NCBI GenBank assembly: GCA_902781455.1
Contig: CACZJF010000009.1
Location: 5,115 to 69,114, forward strand
Direction: 5' to 3'
Source of the DNA: an uncultured Lachnospiraceae bacterium
GTDB lineage: Bacteria > Bacillota > Clostridia > Lachnospirales > Lachnospiraceae
Length of the DNA: 64,000 bases
This document shows positions 9,202 to 18,914 of this stretch, piece after piece; position 1 is the stretch's first letter, and every line of letters begins with the position of its first letter. The notes under the pieces were generated by a model. It did no database searches, was not told where the DNA came from, and was given only the letters and a program-made list of their open reading frames with translations. The position numbers and the translations under genes are program-made.

Positions 9202-10658
9202 ATCTCAGCCTGCTCCTGTTCCGAATAACGCAGAGGGATGCGAACCGTAAATGTGGTCCCTTCTCCTTCTCTGGAATACACGCGGATCGCACCATGATGC
9301 ATCAGAACCGCCTGCCGCGTGATTGCAAGGCCCAGTCCTGTTCCGCCGATCTCGCGGGAATGGGATTTATCTACCCGGTAGAATCGTTCAAAGATCTGCC
9401 CCTGGTCTTCTTCCGGAATACCGATGCCGGAATCCTGCACCTTGACGAAGAAGTACGTATTGTCGACGTTCAGGGATATATGCACCCAGCCATTTTCCTG
9501 ATTGTATTTGATTCCATTTTCCACAAGGTTTGAAATCGCAAGTGTGAACTTTGTCTGATCAACCTGTGCGATGATCGGCTTATAGCTCTCCAGTGCGATC
9601 TCGATGCCGCGCTTCGCGGCGATCGGACGGAGGCGCTTGATGATCAGTCCGATCAGGTCATTGATATTCGTCTCTTCGATATGGATATCGGGTGAATGCC
9701 GGTCCATTTTGACAAGATTCAGCAGGTCGGTAATGATCTTGTTTTCACGGTCAATCTCTTCTCCGATGTCAACCATGAATTCCTGATAAAGTTCATTGGG
9801 CACCTCCCCGACCTGTGCCTGCTGGATCAGAGAATCTGAAAGAACCTTCATGGAAGTCATGGGTGTTTTCAGCTCATGGGAAACGTTTGAGACAAACATC
9901 TGTCTCGATTCTTCCTGCGCCTGGAGTCTGTGGCGCATCTGATTATAAGCCTCTGACAAAAGCTCGGTCTCCGTATAATCCGGCATCGAGATATCATCCG
10001 TGAGGAAATCTGTCCCTCCGGAGTTCATCATGGCGGTTACCTTTCCGAACGGGCGCACGAGCAGTCTGGAAAAATAGAAGGAGACGACGATAATCAGAAG
10101 AACCAGAATCACCTGCATAATCAGGACGGACCGGGACAGGTTCCTTCTCGCAAGAATAATATCCGTGGTCGGGATCGATACGATAAATGCGCCCACGACA
10201 TTCTTTGTCGTGTCCTCTGTGATCGGGCAGACCACCTCGATGAAGTCATTTTCCGCGTTATAGTAATCCGTGTCCTTTCCCTGGAAGGTCTCGATCAGTT
10301 CCCGCGCAATGACCGTCTTCCCCTCGTCCAGCTTATAGGTATCACGAATGATCTTAAAAAGGCTGTTTACAAGGATCACCCTGCCGCTGTACAGGTCTGC
10401 AATCTGCGTCAGTTCCTTATCCACGGCAACATCCGAGGTTCCATCCGTCAGATATCCTGCATCGATGATGTCAGCATTCAGCCTCGAACACTGGTTGCGG
10501 ATCATGGACGCACGCATGGACACCGTCTGCTCCTCAAATCCGTTCAGGATGCCGCGTTTCATCAGAAAGACCGGTACAAGACCAATCAGAAGCAGCAGAA
10601 TCAGCACGCGAAAATGCATGCTCTTGAACATTCGTATCCATCTACCGCTTTGATTCAT
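9198..10658 (-). CDS. Sensor histidine kinase (HisKA + HATPase_c, two TM, HAMP-like), WalK/PhoR-like
   Basis: H-box FVSNVSHELKTP, N-box NLVENGIKY, DSGIGI, FERFYRVDKS, GGTGLGLAI. Confidence 0.95.
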   Translation of the reverse strand: MNQSGRWIRMFKSMHFRVLILLLLIGLVPVFLMKRGILNGFEEQTVSMRASMIRNQCSRLNADIIDAGYLTDGTSDVAVDKELTQIADLYSGRVILVNSLFKIIRDTYKLDEGKTVIARELIETFQGKDTDYYNAENDFIEVVCPITEDTTKNVVGAFIVSIPTTDIILARRNLSRSVLIMQVILVLLIIVVSFYFSRLLVRPFGKVTAMMNSGGTDFLTDDISMPDYTETELLSEAYNQMRHRLQAQEESRQMFVSNVSHELKTPMTSMKVLSDSLIQQAQVGEVPNELYQEFMVDIGEEIDRENKIITDLLNLVKMDRHSPDIHIEETNINDLIGLIIKRLRPIAAKRGIEIALESYKPIIAQVDQTKFTLAISNLVENGIKYNQENGWVHISLNVDNTYFFVKVQDSGIGIPEEDQGQIFERFYRVDKSHSREIGGTGLGLAITRQAVLMHHGAIRVYSREGEGTTFTVRIPLRYSEQEQAEI

Positions 10659-10874
10659 TGATCAGCAGTCCTCTCTGTCAGTCAGTAATGAACGTATTTT
10701 AACACGAAGATTTTCCATCCGGCGTTCATTCAGTCCAAAGAAATTTCAATCCGGAGAAATTTCAACCCGGTCGCCTGAACACGACCGGGCCGTTCACTCT
10801 TTTGGTCTCATACGGCCTCACCTGCCGTCTCAGCAGGAATGCCAACGGCATTCCCAAATTGCATCTCATGACAG

Positions 10875-11564
10875 TTAATGCTGGAAATAGTAGCCTACGC
10901 CCCACTTGGTATGAACGTACTTGGGATCGGAAGGATTCTCTTCGATCTTCTCGCGCAGTCTCCGGATATGGACGTCGACCGTGCGGACATCTCCGGGATA
11001 CTCATATCCCCAGACAAGGTTCAGCAGGTTCTCACGGCTGTATACCTTATTCGGGTTCATGACCAGAAGCTCAAGCACATCGAATTCCTTCGCGGTCAGG
11101 TTCACCTCCTGTCCGGATACCTGGACTCTGCGGGCATCGCAGTCAAGGCGAAGGGTGCCGACCTCGATAATCCTGCCTCTTGGCTCCTGCGTACCGCGGT
11201 TCTGCGTTCTGCGCATGATTGCCTTGATGCGGGCTTTTACCTCCAGAATGTTGAAGGGCTTGGTGATATAATCGTCCGCTCCGTACTCCAGACCGAGGAT
11301 TTTATCCATATCCTCTCCCTTGGCTGTCAGCATCACGATCGGGACATCAGAAAATTCCCGGATCTGCTGGCAGGCGGACAGGCCGTCCAGTTTCGGCAGC
11401 ATCAGATCAAGAAGGATAATGTCATAGTTTCCTTCCCTTGCCATCTCGACGGCTTCCTCGCCGTCATACGCAGTATCCACTTCCATATCGTCCTGCTCCA
11501 GGCTGAAGCGGATTCCCTTTACGATCAGTTTCTCGTCGTCTACTACAAGTACTTTCTTTGGCAT
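10875..11564 (-). CDS. OmpR/PhoB-family response regulator (WalR-like)
   Basis: VLVVDDE, LLDLMLP, GADDYITKPF, RTVDVHIRRLREKIE, TKWGVGY. Confidence 0.95.
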   Translation of the reverse strand: MPKKVLVVDDEKLIVKGIRFSLEQDDMEVDTAYDGEEAVEMAREGNYDIILLDLMLPKLDGLSACQQIREFSDVPIVMLTAKGEDMDKILGLEYGADDYITKPFNILEVKARIKAIMRRTQNRGTQEPRGRIIEVGTLRLDCDARRVQVSGQEVNLTAKEFDVLELLVMNPNKVYSRENLLNLVWGYEYPGDVRTVDVHIRRLREKIEENPSDPKYVHTKWGVGYYFQH

Positions 11565-11589
11565 ATCATCCCTCTTGATGTTTCTCTTC

Positions 11590-12435
11590 TTATACCGTAA
11601 CCCTGTCTCTTATCTTCTCATAAACGCTGTTTTTGATTCCGCTGATGTTCATCACATCCTCGGTCGAAGCAAACAGTCCCGTCTCCGTACGGTAACGGAT
11701 GATCGCGTCCGCTTTCGCATCGCCGATTCCGGGAAGCGTCATCAGCTGTTCCTTCGACGCCGTATTCAGGTTGATCTTCGCCTCACCGGAGGCACCTGAG
11801 CCAGGTGTTTCCACCGCGTTATTCGATACGTCACCTGCTTTGCTTTGCACGTCAGCCGGTGCTGCATCTCCCCGAAGAACCCCCTGTTCCTTCATCTGCG
11901 CCGTTTCATCTGCCGTATATACGATGAGCATCTCACCATCGGCAAGAAGCTTTGCCTGATTCAGCCACTGGCTGTCCGCGTCTGCCGTAAAACCGCCCGC
12001 TGCTTCCAGCGCGTCACAGACTCTCGCGCCGAAAGGCAGGTAACAGACACCCGGCTTCTTCACGGCACCGCAGACATATACAGCGATCTGCTCCATCCTG
12101 GAAGGCACAGAATCTTTTGCATTCTCACCGGCATCTGACGATCCCTTCGCCATTTCACCAGTCTCTGCAGATCCCTTCGCCGACGCATCAGCGTCTGCAG
12201 TTTCATTCGCCTGCACACCTGTGTCAGCAGATCCATTCGCCGGCGCACCTGTGTCCGGGGCTTCCGGCGCCCTGCCCTCCGGCAGAAATGGTGCTTCGCT
12301 CTGTACCGTACCAATCCCTGTCACGGTAATCTGCGACGGGCCGCTGCAGCCGGACAACAACAATCCGGCCAGCATCAGTATTCTGCCGGCCAGCAGAAAA
12401 AACCGGCTGGTTCTGGTCTTGCAATTTGATTTCAA
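11590..12435 (-). CDS. comEA: ComEA competence DNA receptor (SLBB + helix-hairpin-helix)
   Basis: VYVCGAVKKPGV...ARVCDALEAAGG, NQAKLLADGE, INLNTASKEQLMTLPGIGDAKA; TTG start with SD AGGAG; lipobox-like LLSGC. Confidence 0.92.
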   Translation of the reverse strand: MKSNCKTRTSRFFLLAGRILMLAGLLLSGCSGPSQITVTGIGTVQSEAPFLPEGRAPEAPDTGAPANGSADTGVQANETADADASAKGSAETGEMAKGSSDAGENAKDSVPSRMEQIAVYVCGAVKKPGVCYLPFGARVCDALEAAGGFTADADSQWLNQAKLLADGEMLIVYTADETAQMKEQGVLRGDAAPADVQSKAGDVSNNAVETPGSGASGEAKINLNTASKEQLMTLPGIGDAKADAIIRYRTETGLFASTEDVMNISGIKNSVYEKIRDRVTV

Positions 12436-12484
12436 TGCACAACTCCTGACTGTCTGTCAGGGCCACCCCGTCATGCGTAACAGA

Positions 12485-12558
12485 ATTGTAACATAAGAGA
12501 GACAGAAATGTAAACCAGTGAAACAGGGTTGAAATGCACTTCCTGTCAGTGGTATAGT
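12485..12558. promoter_or_regulatory. Divergent sigma-A-like promoters for comEA (minus) and the C39-like gene (plus)
   Basis: Minus: TTTACA(12514-12509)-18-TACAAT(12490-12485) with TG extension; plus: TTGAAA(12529-12534)-18-TATAGT(12553-12558) with TG extension. Confidence 0.5.
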
Positions 12559-12639
12559 GCTTAGGCAGAGTTTTTCCTCTGTGTTCATGGATTTATTTGA
12601 ACATTTACCTCTATTCATGCAGTAGAAAAGGAGATTGTT

Positions 12640-13587
12640 ATGCGCCGACTGATTGCTTCCATACTCGCCATTGTACTGGCTGTGGTCGTGGTCAGTTTCT
12701 TTGTCATTTACCGGTACCGGGACCGCGTGGACCATATCTTTGAGATGACGGAAAGACACGAGTCCGAGCAGGAATCTGATGTAAGCATCCGACTTGATCC
12801 CAGATACACCGGGCAGTCAGAAACCGAATCAGAAACGGTCCAGACGGAGGCTGAACCAGCACCTGTCCAGACGGAGTCAGAGACCGAAGATCCGGCCCTT
12901 CATGCGGAAGACAGCATATACACCTTTTTACAGGGACCGGTTTCATGGGAAAGCAAAGCCCCTTATTCCGGCATCTGGTGTGAATCGGAACTGGACGGCG
13001 GGCTCTTCAGCGTATTCGGCTGCGGGCTGTGCGATCTTGCGAATATCTACAGTTCCCTGACACCTTTTGAGTGCTCTCCTCTGGATATGTACTGGCTCGC
13101 GCGCAAGGTTTCCGATTATTCACCGGGCGGAGGCTCCGGCGCGATCGACTGGCCATATATGGCAGAAACGCTGCGGGAGACGGGATTCTCTGTCAGGCTG
13201 AAGAAAAAAGACAGGAAGTATAAAGCGTTCCAGGAAGCAATGGAGAACTGTCTCACGGCGATCGTCCTGATCTCCAGTGAAGAGGACGATTCCTACTGGC
13301 AGGATACACCGGGGCACTATATCAACCTCTGGCACTACAATCCCGAGACTGACAAGGTCTTCCTGGGTGATTCGGGCAATCCGAATCACAATCGCCAGTG
13401 GGTCCCGCTTCGCACGATCTACGACGCGATTTCCTCGCAGAACTCCTGGCAGTATCTTCTTGTCACAGATTATGATGAGGAAAAGAATACCTGGAAATAC
13501 TCCGGCATTCATGAGGAATGGACCCGTCCTTCCTGGTGCAGGAAAAAGCCGGAAGCACATTCCCTGCTGATGCCGGCGGAGAATTAA
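12640..13587 (+). CDS. Membrane-anchored papain-fold (peptidase C39-like) protein
   Basis: N-terminal TM, acidic ETESET linker, FGCGLCDLA (Cys), GHYI (His), VFLGDS (Asp) spacing typical of C39-like domains. Confidence 0.6.
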   Translation: MRRLIASILAIVLAVVVVSFFVIYRYRDRVDHIFEMTERHESEQESDVSIRLDPRYTGQSETESETVQTEAEPAPVQTESETEDPALHAEDSIYTFLQGPVSWESKAPYSGIWCESELDGGLFSVFGCGLCDLANIYSSLTPFECSPLDMYWLARKVSDYSPGGGSGAIDWPYMAETLRETGFSVRLKKKDRKYKAFQEAMENCLTAIVLISSEEDDSYWQDTPGHYINLWHYNPETDKVFLGDSGNPNHNRQWVPLRTIYDAISSQNSWQYLLVTDYDEEKNTWKYSGIHEEWTRPSWCRKKPEAHSLLMPAEN

Positions 13588-15086
13588 TCCTCTGCCCAGG
13601 CGATAGCCGCTTTTACCGCCCTCTTCCAGCCGGCAAGCAGTGCTTCCCGCTCCGCCTGCGGCATCTTCGGGCTGAAAGTGTGTCCGAGCGCCCACGACCT
13701 TTTCACGTCTTCGACATCTGCCCAGTATCCTACCGCAAGTCCGGCCAGGAACGCCGCGCCCATCGCGGTTGTCTCGACACACTGCGGCCTGATGACCTCA
13801 GCGTCCAGGATATCCGACTGGAACTGCATCAGGAAGTTGTTGGCACTCGCGCCGCCGTCCACCTTCAGATGCCTGATCTTCAGTCCGGAATCCTTCTCCA
13901 TCGAGCGCAGGACATCCGCTGTCTGATAAGCCAGCGATTCCACTGTCGCACGGATCAGGTGCTCCTTGGCGGATCCTCTGGTCAGACCGACGATCGTCCC
14001 TCTTGCCTCCGGGTTCCAGTAAGGCGCGCCCAGCCCTGTAAATGCAGGCACGACATAGACACCGCCGGTATCCGGAGTCCGCAGGCAGTAATCCTCTGTA
14101 TCTGCCGCGTTCTTGATCATACGCTGCTCATCACGAAGCCACTGGATCGAAGCTCCGGCAATGAATACGGATCCTTCCAGCGCGTACTTCACCTTATCCG
14201 GACCCAGTCCCACTGCAATCGTAGTCAGCAGCCCGTTCTCGGACTGAACGGCCTTCTCCCCTGTATTCATCAGCAGGAAGCAGCCGGTTCCATACGTGTT
14301 TTTGACCTCTCCCTCGCCGAAGCAGCACTGCCCGAACAGAGCCGACTGCTGGTCTCCGGCTGCCCCGCTGATCGGAATGCCATCCCCGATCATACAGTCC
14401 TTCGTCCTGCCATAGATCGCGCTGGACGGCACAACCTTCGGCAGCATGGAAGCAGGAATCTGAAGTCTTGAAAGAATCTCCTGGTCCCAGCACAGATTGT
14501 GAATGTCGTACAGCATGGTACGGGAAGCATTTGTATAGTCTGTCACATGCACCTGCCCGGCGGTCATCTTCCAGATCAGCCATGTATCGACCGTACCGAA
14601 CAGCAGCTCGCCTCTCTCCGCTCGCTCCCGCGCGCCCTCGACATGGTCCAGGATCCATTTTACCTTCGTCGCAGAGAAGTAAGGATCCGGAATCAAACCT
14701 GTCCTTTCGCGAATCACATTGCCAAAGCCATCCGCAGTCAGCTCCCCGATCATATCCGCCGTGCGGCGGCACTGCCAGACAATTGCATTGTACACCGGCT
14801 GGCCGGTCGCCTTGTCCCAGACGATGGTTGTCTCTCTCTGGTTCGTAATTCCGACTGCCGCAATGTTCTCCGGGCCTGCTCCAAGCTTGCCCATCGCTTC
14901 TGCTGCCACACCAATCTGGGACGACCAGATATCCATAGGACGATGCTCCACCCAGCCTGGGTGCGGATAGATCTGCTCAAACTCTCTCTGTGCCACGGAA
15001 CAGATTTTGCCGTTTTTATCAAACAGGATACATCTGGAACTAGTCGTGCCGGCGTCAAGCGCCATAATATACTGATTCACTTCCAT
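13584..15086 (-). CDS. glpK: Glycerol kinase
   Basis: [47 protein letters not shown]; start ATG 15086 (SD GGAGG). Confidence 0.97.
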   Translation of the reverse strand: MEVNQYIMALDAGTTSSRCILFDKNGKICSVAQREFEQIYPHPGWVEHRPMDIWSSQIGVAAEAMGKLGAGPENIAAVGITNQRETTIVWDKATGQPVYNAIVWQCRRTADMIGELTADGFGNVIRERTGLIPDPYFSATKVKWILDHVEGARERAERGELLFGTVDTWLIWKMTAGQVHVTDYTNASRTMLYDIHNLCWDQEILSRLQIPASMLPKVVPSSAIYGRTKDCMIGDGIPISGAAGDQQSALFGQCCFGEGEVKNTYGTGCFLLMNTGEKAVQSENGLLTTIAVGLGPDKVKYALEGSVFIAGASIQWLRDEQRMIKNAADTEDYCLRTPDTGGVYVVPAFTGLGAPYWNPEARGTIVGLTRGSAKEHLIRATVESLAYQTADVLRSMEKDSGLKIRHLKVDGGASANNFLMQFQSDILDAEVIRPQCVETTAMGAAFLAGLAVGYWADVEDVKRSWALGHTFSPKMPQAEREALLAGWKRAVKAAIAWAED

Positions 15087-15103
15087 CGTCTTTTCCTCCA
15101 TCC

Positions 15104-15853
15104 TCATGCATAACAGATCGCCTGATTCGGCACCGTTACAATTCCGTCTACACTGAACCTTTGAAAAATCTCCCGCACACGCCGGATGCACGCCTCATAG
15201 CCTTCCTCCCCCTCAGACAGGGAGTAGGAGCTGCTCAGGTACCGTTCTACAAAATGCGCTTCATCATACCGAAGCGGATTGTTGAAGACTGCCTTCTCAC
15301 ACTTCATCTCCAGGTGCTCATAAAACGCAAAGATCTGCGGTGCGTCTTCCTTCATGCCGATATTGAAGTCCACAAACCGCGGGCAGTATGTATGAAAGGC
15401 TTCCCTGCACGCACAGGTGATCTCCGAGTCAGGCACGCGAAGATTCCAGATCAGGCACACCTTGCCGCCCGGCGCGAGAATCCGCCTGCACTCTGCTTCA
15501 AACTCCTCCTGGTCGAACCAGTGAAATGCCTGCGCGGCGGTGATCACATCGACCTTCTCCTGAAGCCCTGTGTCAGAAGCAGTTCCGTCAACGGAGTGAA
15601 ATCCGGGATACACAGACAGCTTTTTCTCCGCGATCTTCCGCATTTCCGCATTCGGCTCCACAGCATATACCCGGCTCCCCCATTCCAGGAGCAGCCGGGT
15701 AAACTTACCGGTACCGGATCCGACATCCGCAATCGCATTTGCCTTGTCAAAATGAAGTGCTTCGTAAAGATAATGCATTAACTCGTCGGGATATCCCGGA
15801 CGGGCTGACTCATAACTCGTTCCACGTGTGGTATATAAAGAGGTATTATCCAT
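15104..15853 (-). CDS. Class I SAM-dependent methyltransferase
   Basis: [34 protein letters not shown]; start at ATG 15853 because the upstream in-frame extension is phnW debris. Confidence 0.9.
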   Translation of the reverse strand: MDNTSLYTTRGTSYESARPGYPDELMHYLYEALHFDKANAIADVGSGTGKFTRLLLEWGSRVYAVEPNAEMRKIAEKKLSVYPGFHSVDGTASDTGLQEKVDVITAAQAFHWFDQEEFEAECRRILAPGGKVCLIWNLRVPDSEITCACREAFHTYCPRFVDFNIGMKEDAPQIFAFYEHLEMKCEKAVFNNPLRYDEAHFVERYLSSSYSLSEGEEGYEACIRRVREIFQRFSVDGIVTVPNQAICYA

Positions 15854-15909
15854 ATCGATCCTACTGTCACATCTGCTGACTTTCCTGGTTGCTGCACATC
15901 GCAGCACAT

Positions 15910-16547
15910 CACACTTTTTCAGTTCGTCAAGCTTACAGATAATAAAGCTGAAACCCGGAACCCCTGGATGCACTTATTGGCAGAAGAGATGATAAAATCA
16001 ATTCCCCAGTCAGCTACCGGAATGTCCACACCACCAAAACTGGACATGGCATCCACGATAAATACCTTGCCGGCTGCCTTTACAACCCTGCTTACAGACT
16101 CAATGTCGTTCTGAATGCCGGACGTTGTCTCACTGTGCACCATGGAGACATGTGTGATCTCCGGATCCTCAGAAAGGATCTTTTTCACCACTTCTTCGTC
16201 CGGGACCTCATTGTAATGAAAACGCGCAATCCGGTATTTCAATCCTGCATGGAGGCAGATATCTTCCTGGCGCTCACCGTACGCACCGTTAGACAGGATC
16301 AAAACCTTCCCGTCTTTACCGACAGAGCTGGTAATGGCGGACTCCACACCTGTGTCCCGCTGCCCTGCATCAGGACACAGGTGTATTCCTTTTCACTGAC
16401 ATGCGCGAGCGCAAGCAGTTCCTTTCTGATCTCCTGTGTGATCTGCTTATAATCGTTGTCCCAGGTACAATGATCGACCATCATTTCTTCCTTGACGGTC
16501 TTACTGGTCGTCAGCGGTCCCGGTGTCAAAAGCTTGTAATGAATCAT
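15910..16547 (-). pseudogene. phnW: 2-aminoethylphosphonate--pyruvate transaminase, two frameshifts and 3' truncation
   Basis: [16 protein letters not shown]...LMQGSGT | (G)VESAI...VHSETTSG...DAMSSFGG...SSANKCIQG | VPGFSFIICK spread over three frames; similarity ends about 210 codons in. Confidence 0.85.
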
Positions 16548-16641
16548 GTGCGTTTCTCTCTGTTTCTTCAGTCTATTTGAAATGATCTGTCTTACCATCC
16601 TTTGGTCGGCTCACCGTGATACCATACCGTGTTTTTGCGAA

Positions 16642-17850
16642 TCAGACAATCTGGCCCAGCACCTTCTCCAGCTTTGCAATCATTTCATCAATATCATCTT
16701 TTGTAATGACCAGAGGCGGCACAAACCGCAGGACATTGCCTCCGGCGGACAGGATCACAAGTCCTTCTCCCAGCGCTGCCTTCACGATATCGCCGACCGG
16801 TTTTCCTTCCGCCACGATGCCCTGCATGAAGCCCATGCCGCGGCGTCCTGTCAGGAAGTCATACTTCTGAACCAGCGCATCCAGACGCTTCTCCAGATAC
16901 GGCGCCGTTTCGCGGACATGCTCCACGATCTTCTCCTGCTCAAACAGATCAAACACGGTTGATACTGCAGCGCAGGCAAGCGGATTGCCGCCGTAGGTGG
17001 TTCCGTGATCCCCTGGCGCGAGTGATTTCGCGGCGGTTTTCTCATTCAGCGCAAATGCGCCGACCGGGATTCCGCACCCGAGTGCTTTGGCCATCGTCAT
17101 GATATCCGGCCTGATACCATAGTGATCACAGGCGAACCACTCTCCCGTCCGGCCCATACCGCACTGAATTTCGTCCAGAATCAGGAGGATGTCCTTCTCA
17201 TCACACAGCTTCCGAACGGACGACAGAAACGCCGGATCAGCCGGATAGATGCCGCCCTCTCCCTGCACGGTCTCCAGGAGAATGGCACAGGTTTTGTCCG
17301 TAACCGCCGCCTTCACACTCTCGAAGTCATTGAAGTCAGCGAACTTCACACCACCCATCAGAGGACGGAACGGCTCCTGGTAATGGGAATTCCCCGTCAC
17401 AGACAATGCACCGACAGTTCTGCCGTGGAAGGAATGATTCATGGCGATGATCTCATCAGCCGGATGGTCACTGCCATCGCGCAGAAAAGCATACTTTCTG
17501 GCTGCCTTGATGGCGCCTTCGATCGCTTCAGCGCCGGAATTGGTGAAGAACACCTTCGACATTCCTGTATGCGCGATCACCTTCTTCGCCGCGTCACGAA
17601 GCGGTGTGTGGTAGAACAGGTTCGACGTATGGACCAGGTTGTCAATCTGCGCCTTCAAAGCGTCATTGTATGCCTGGTTTCCATAACCCAGCGCAAACAC
17701 TGCGATTCCTGCGCCAAAGTCAAGATATTCTTTTCCTTCGACGTCATAGAGCCTTACGCCTGACCCTCTTTCAAATACAACGGGGAAACGGTTATAGGTG
17801 TGGAGGACATACTGTTCGGTTTCTTCCATGATTTGCTGGGATACTGACAT
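16642..17850 (-). CDS. argD: Acetylornithine aminotransferase
   Basis: FFTNSGAEA, SFHGRT, ETVQGEGG, DEIQCGMGRTG, MAKALG, HGTTYGGNP; in the arg operon. Confidence 0.93.
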   Translation of the reverse strand: MSVSQQIMEETEQYVLHTYNRFPVVFERGSGVRLYDVEGKEYLDFGAGIAVFALGYGNQAYNDALKAQIDNLVHTSNLFYHTPLRDAAKKVIAHTGMSKVFFTNSGAEAIEGAIKAARKYAFLRDGSDHPADEIIAMNHSFHGRTVGALSVTGNSHYQEPFRPLMGGVKFADFNDFESVKAAVTDKTCAILLETVQGEGGIYPADPAFLSSVRKLCDEKDILLILDEIQCGMGRTGEWFACDHYGIRPDIMTMAKALGCGIPVGAFALNEKTAAKSLAPGDHGTTYGGNPLACAAVSTVFDLFEQEKIVEHVRETAPYLEKRLDALVQKYDFLTGRRGMGFMQGIVAEGKPVGDIVKAALGEGLVILSAGGNVLRFVPPLVITKDDIDEMIAKLEKVLGQIV

Positions 17851-17872
17851 GGCTCTCATCTCCTTCCGATTT

Positions 17873-18805
17873 TTAGTTCGCCGGCTGTGACTGTTTCTTC
17901 TCGTAGAATCTTCTCTCCGTATCCCCGATGATCGCTGTTCCGATCCCCTTGTTGGTGAAAAACTCCAGCAGCTGGGAATGCGGGATACGGCCGTCCAGAA
18001 TATGGACTCTCTGAACGCCAGACTCGATCGCGTCAATACAGCTGTTCAGCTTCGGCAGCATACCGCCGCCTGCATGTCCTGCTTCGATGAACTGCTTCGC
18101 CTCCGCAACAGTCATTTCCGAAATCAGGGAATCCGGATCCTCCGGATCTTCCAGAACACCTTTGATATCTGACAGAAAGACCAGCTTCTGTGCCTTCATG
18201 GCCTTCGCGATCGCGCAGGCCGCGTCATCCGCGTTGATGTTGTGAGAGTAGTAGCCCTCGTCAGATCCTACCGGACAGATGACGGGAACAAAACCCGCAT
18301 CGATCAGCGTATTCAGCAGTGTCGTATCCACGTCCACCACTTCCCCGACGAATCCGATATCAGCTCCGCCCGGCATCTTCTTTGCAACGCGAAGAATCGT
18401 GCCGTCTTTTCCCGAGATTCCGCATGCCTTGACGCCGGTCTTCTCCATCATGGATACAAGACCCTTGTTGATCCGGTTCAGGACCATTTCCGCCACATGC
18501 ATCGTCTCATCGTCCGTCACACGCAGGCCATTGACAAATTCACTTTCCTTCCCGACTTTGCCGAGCCACTTCGTAATTTCCTTCCCGCCGCCATGCACGA
18601 TGATCGGACGGAAGCCGACCAGCTTCAGCAGGGCGACGTCCTTGATGACGCTCTTCTTCAGCTCATGATCGATCATGGCGCTGCCGCCATACTTCACAAC
18701 GATTGTTGCTCCCTGGAAATGCTGGATATAGGGAAGTGCTTCGATCAGGACTCCGGCCTTATCGAGGAATTGTTCCATCTCACTCTTGCTCAGTTCGCTC
18801 TCCAT
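17873..18805 (-). CDS. argB: Acetylglutamate kinase
   Basis: [38 protein letters not shown] (alternative start 18817). Confidence 0.96.
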   Translation of the reverse strand: MESELSKSEMEQFLDKAGVLIEALPYIQHFQGATIVVKYGGSAMIDHELKKSVIKDVALLKLVGFRPIIVHGGGKEITKWLGKVGKESEFVNGLRVTDDETMHVAEMVLNRINKGLVSMMEKTGVKACGISGKDGTILRVAKKMPGGADIGFVGEVVDVDTTLLNTLIDAGFVPVICPVGSDEGYYSHNINADDAACAIAKAMKAQKLVFLSDIKGVLEDPEDPDSLISEMTVAEAKQFIEAGHAGGGMLPKLNSCIDAIESGVQRVHILDGRIPHSQLLEFFTNKGIGTAIIGDTERRFYEKKQSQPAN

Positions 18806-18914
18806 GTGATTCTCCATTTTTGTATATCCTGTTATGCTTCAATGACTATGATACATTCATTCAAAAACGATAGTCCGCGCTGATTCTGACGCATTCAACC
18901 TTATATGTACTGCT

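Noticed and set aside
15854-15973. Apparent N-terminal extension or PhnW-methyltransferase fusion
   Set aside because: The extension is a frameshifted phnW fragment; the methyltransferase domain starts at ATG 15853
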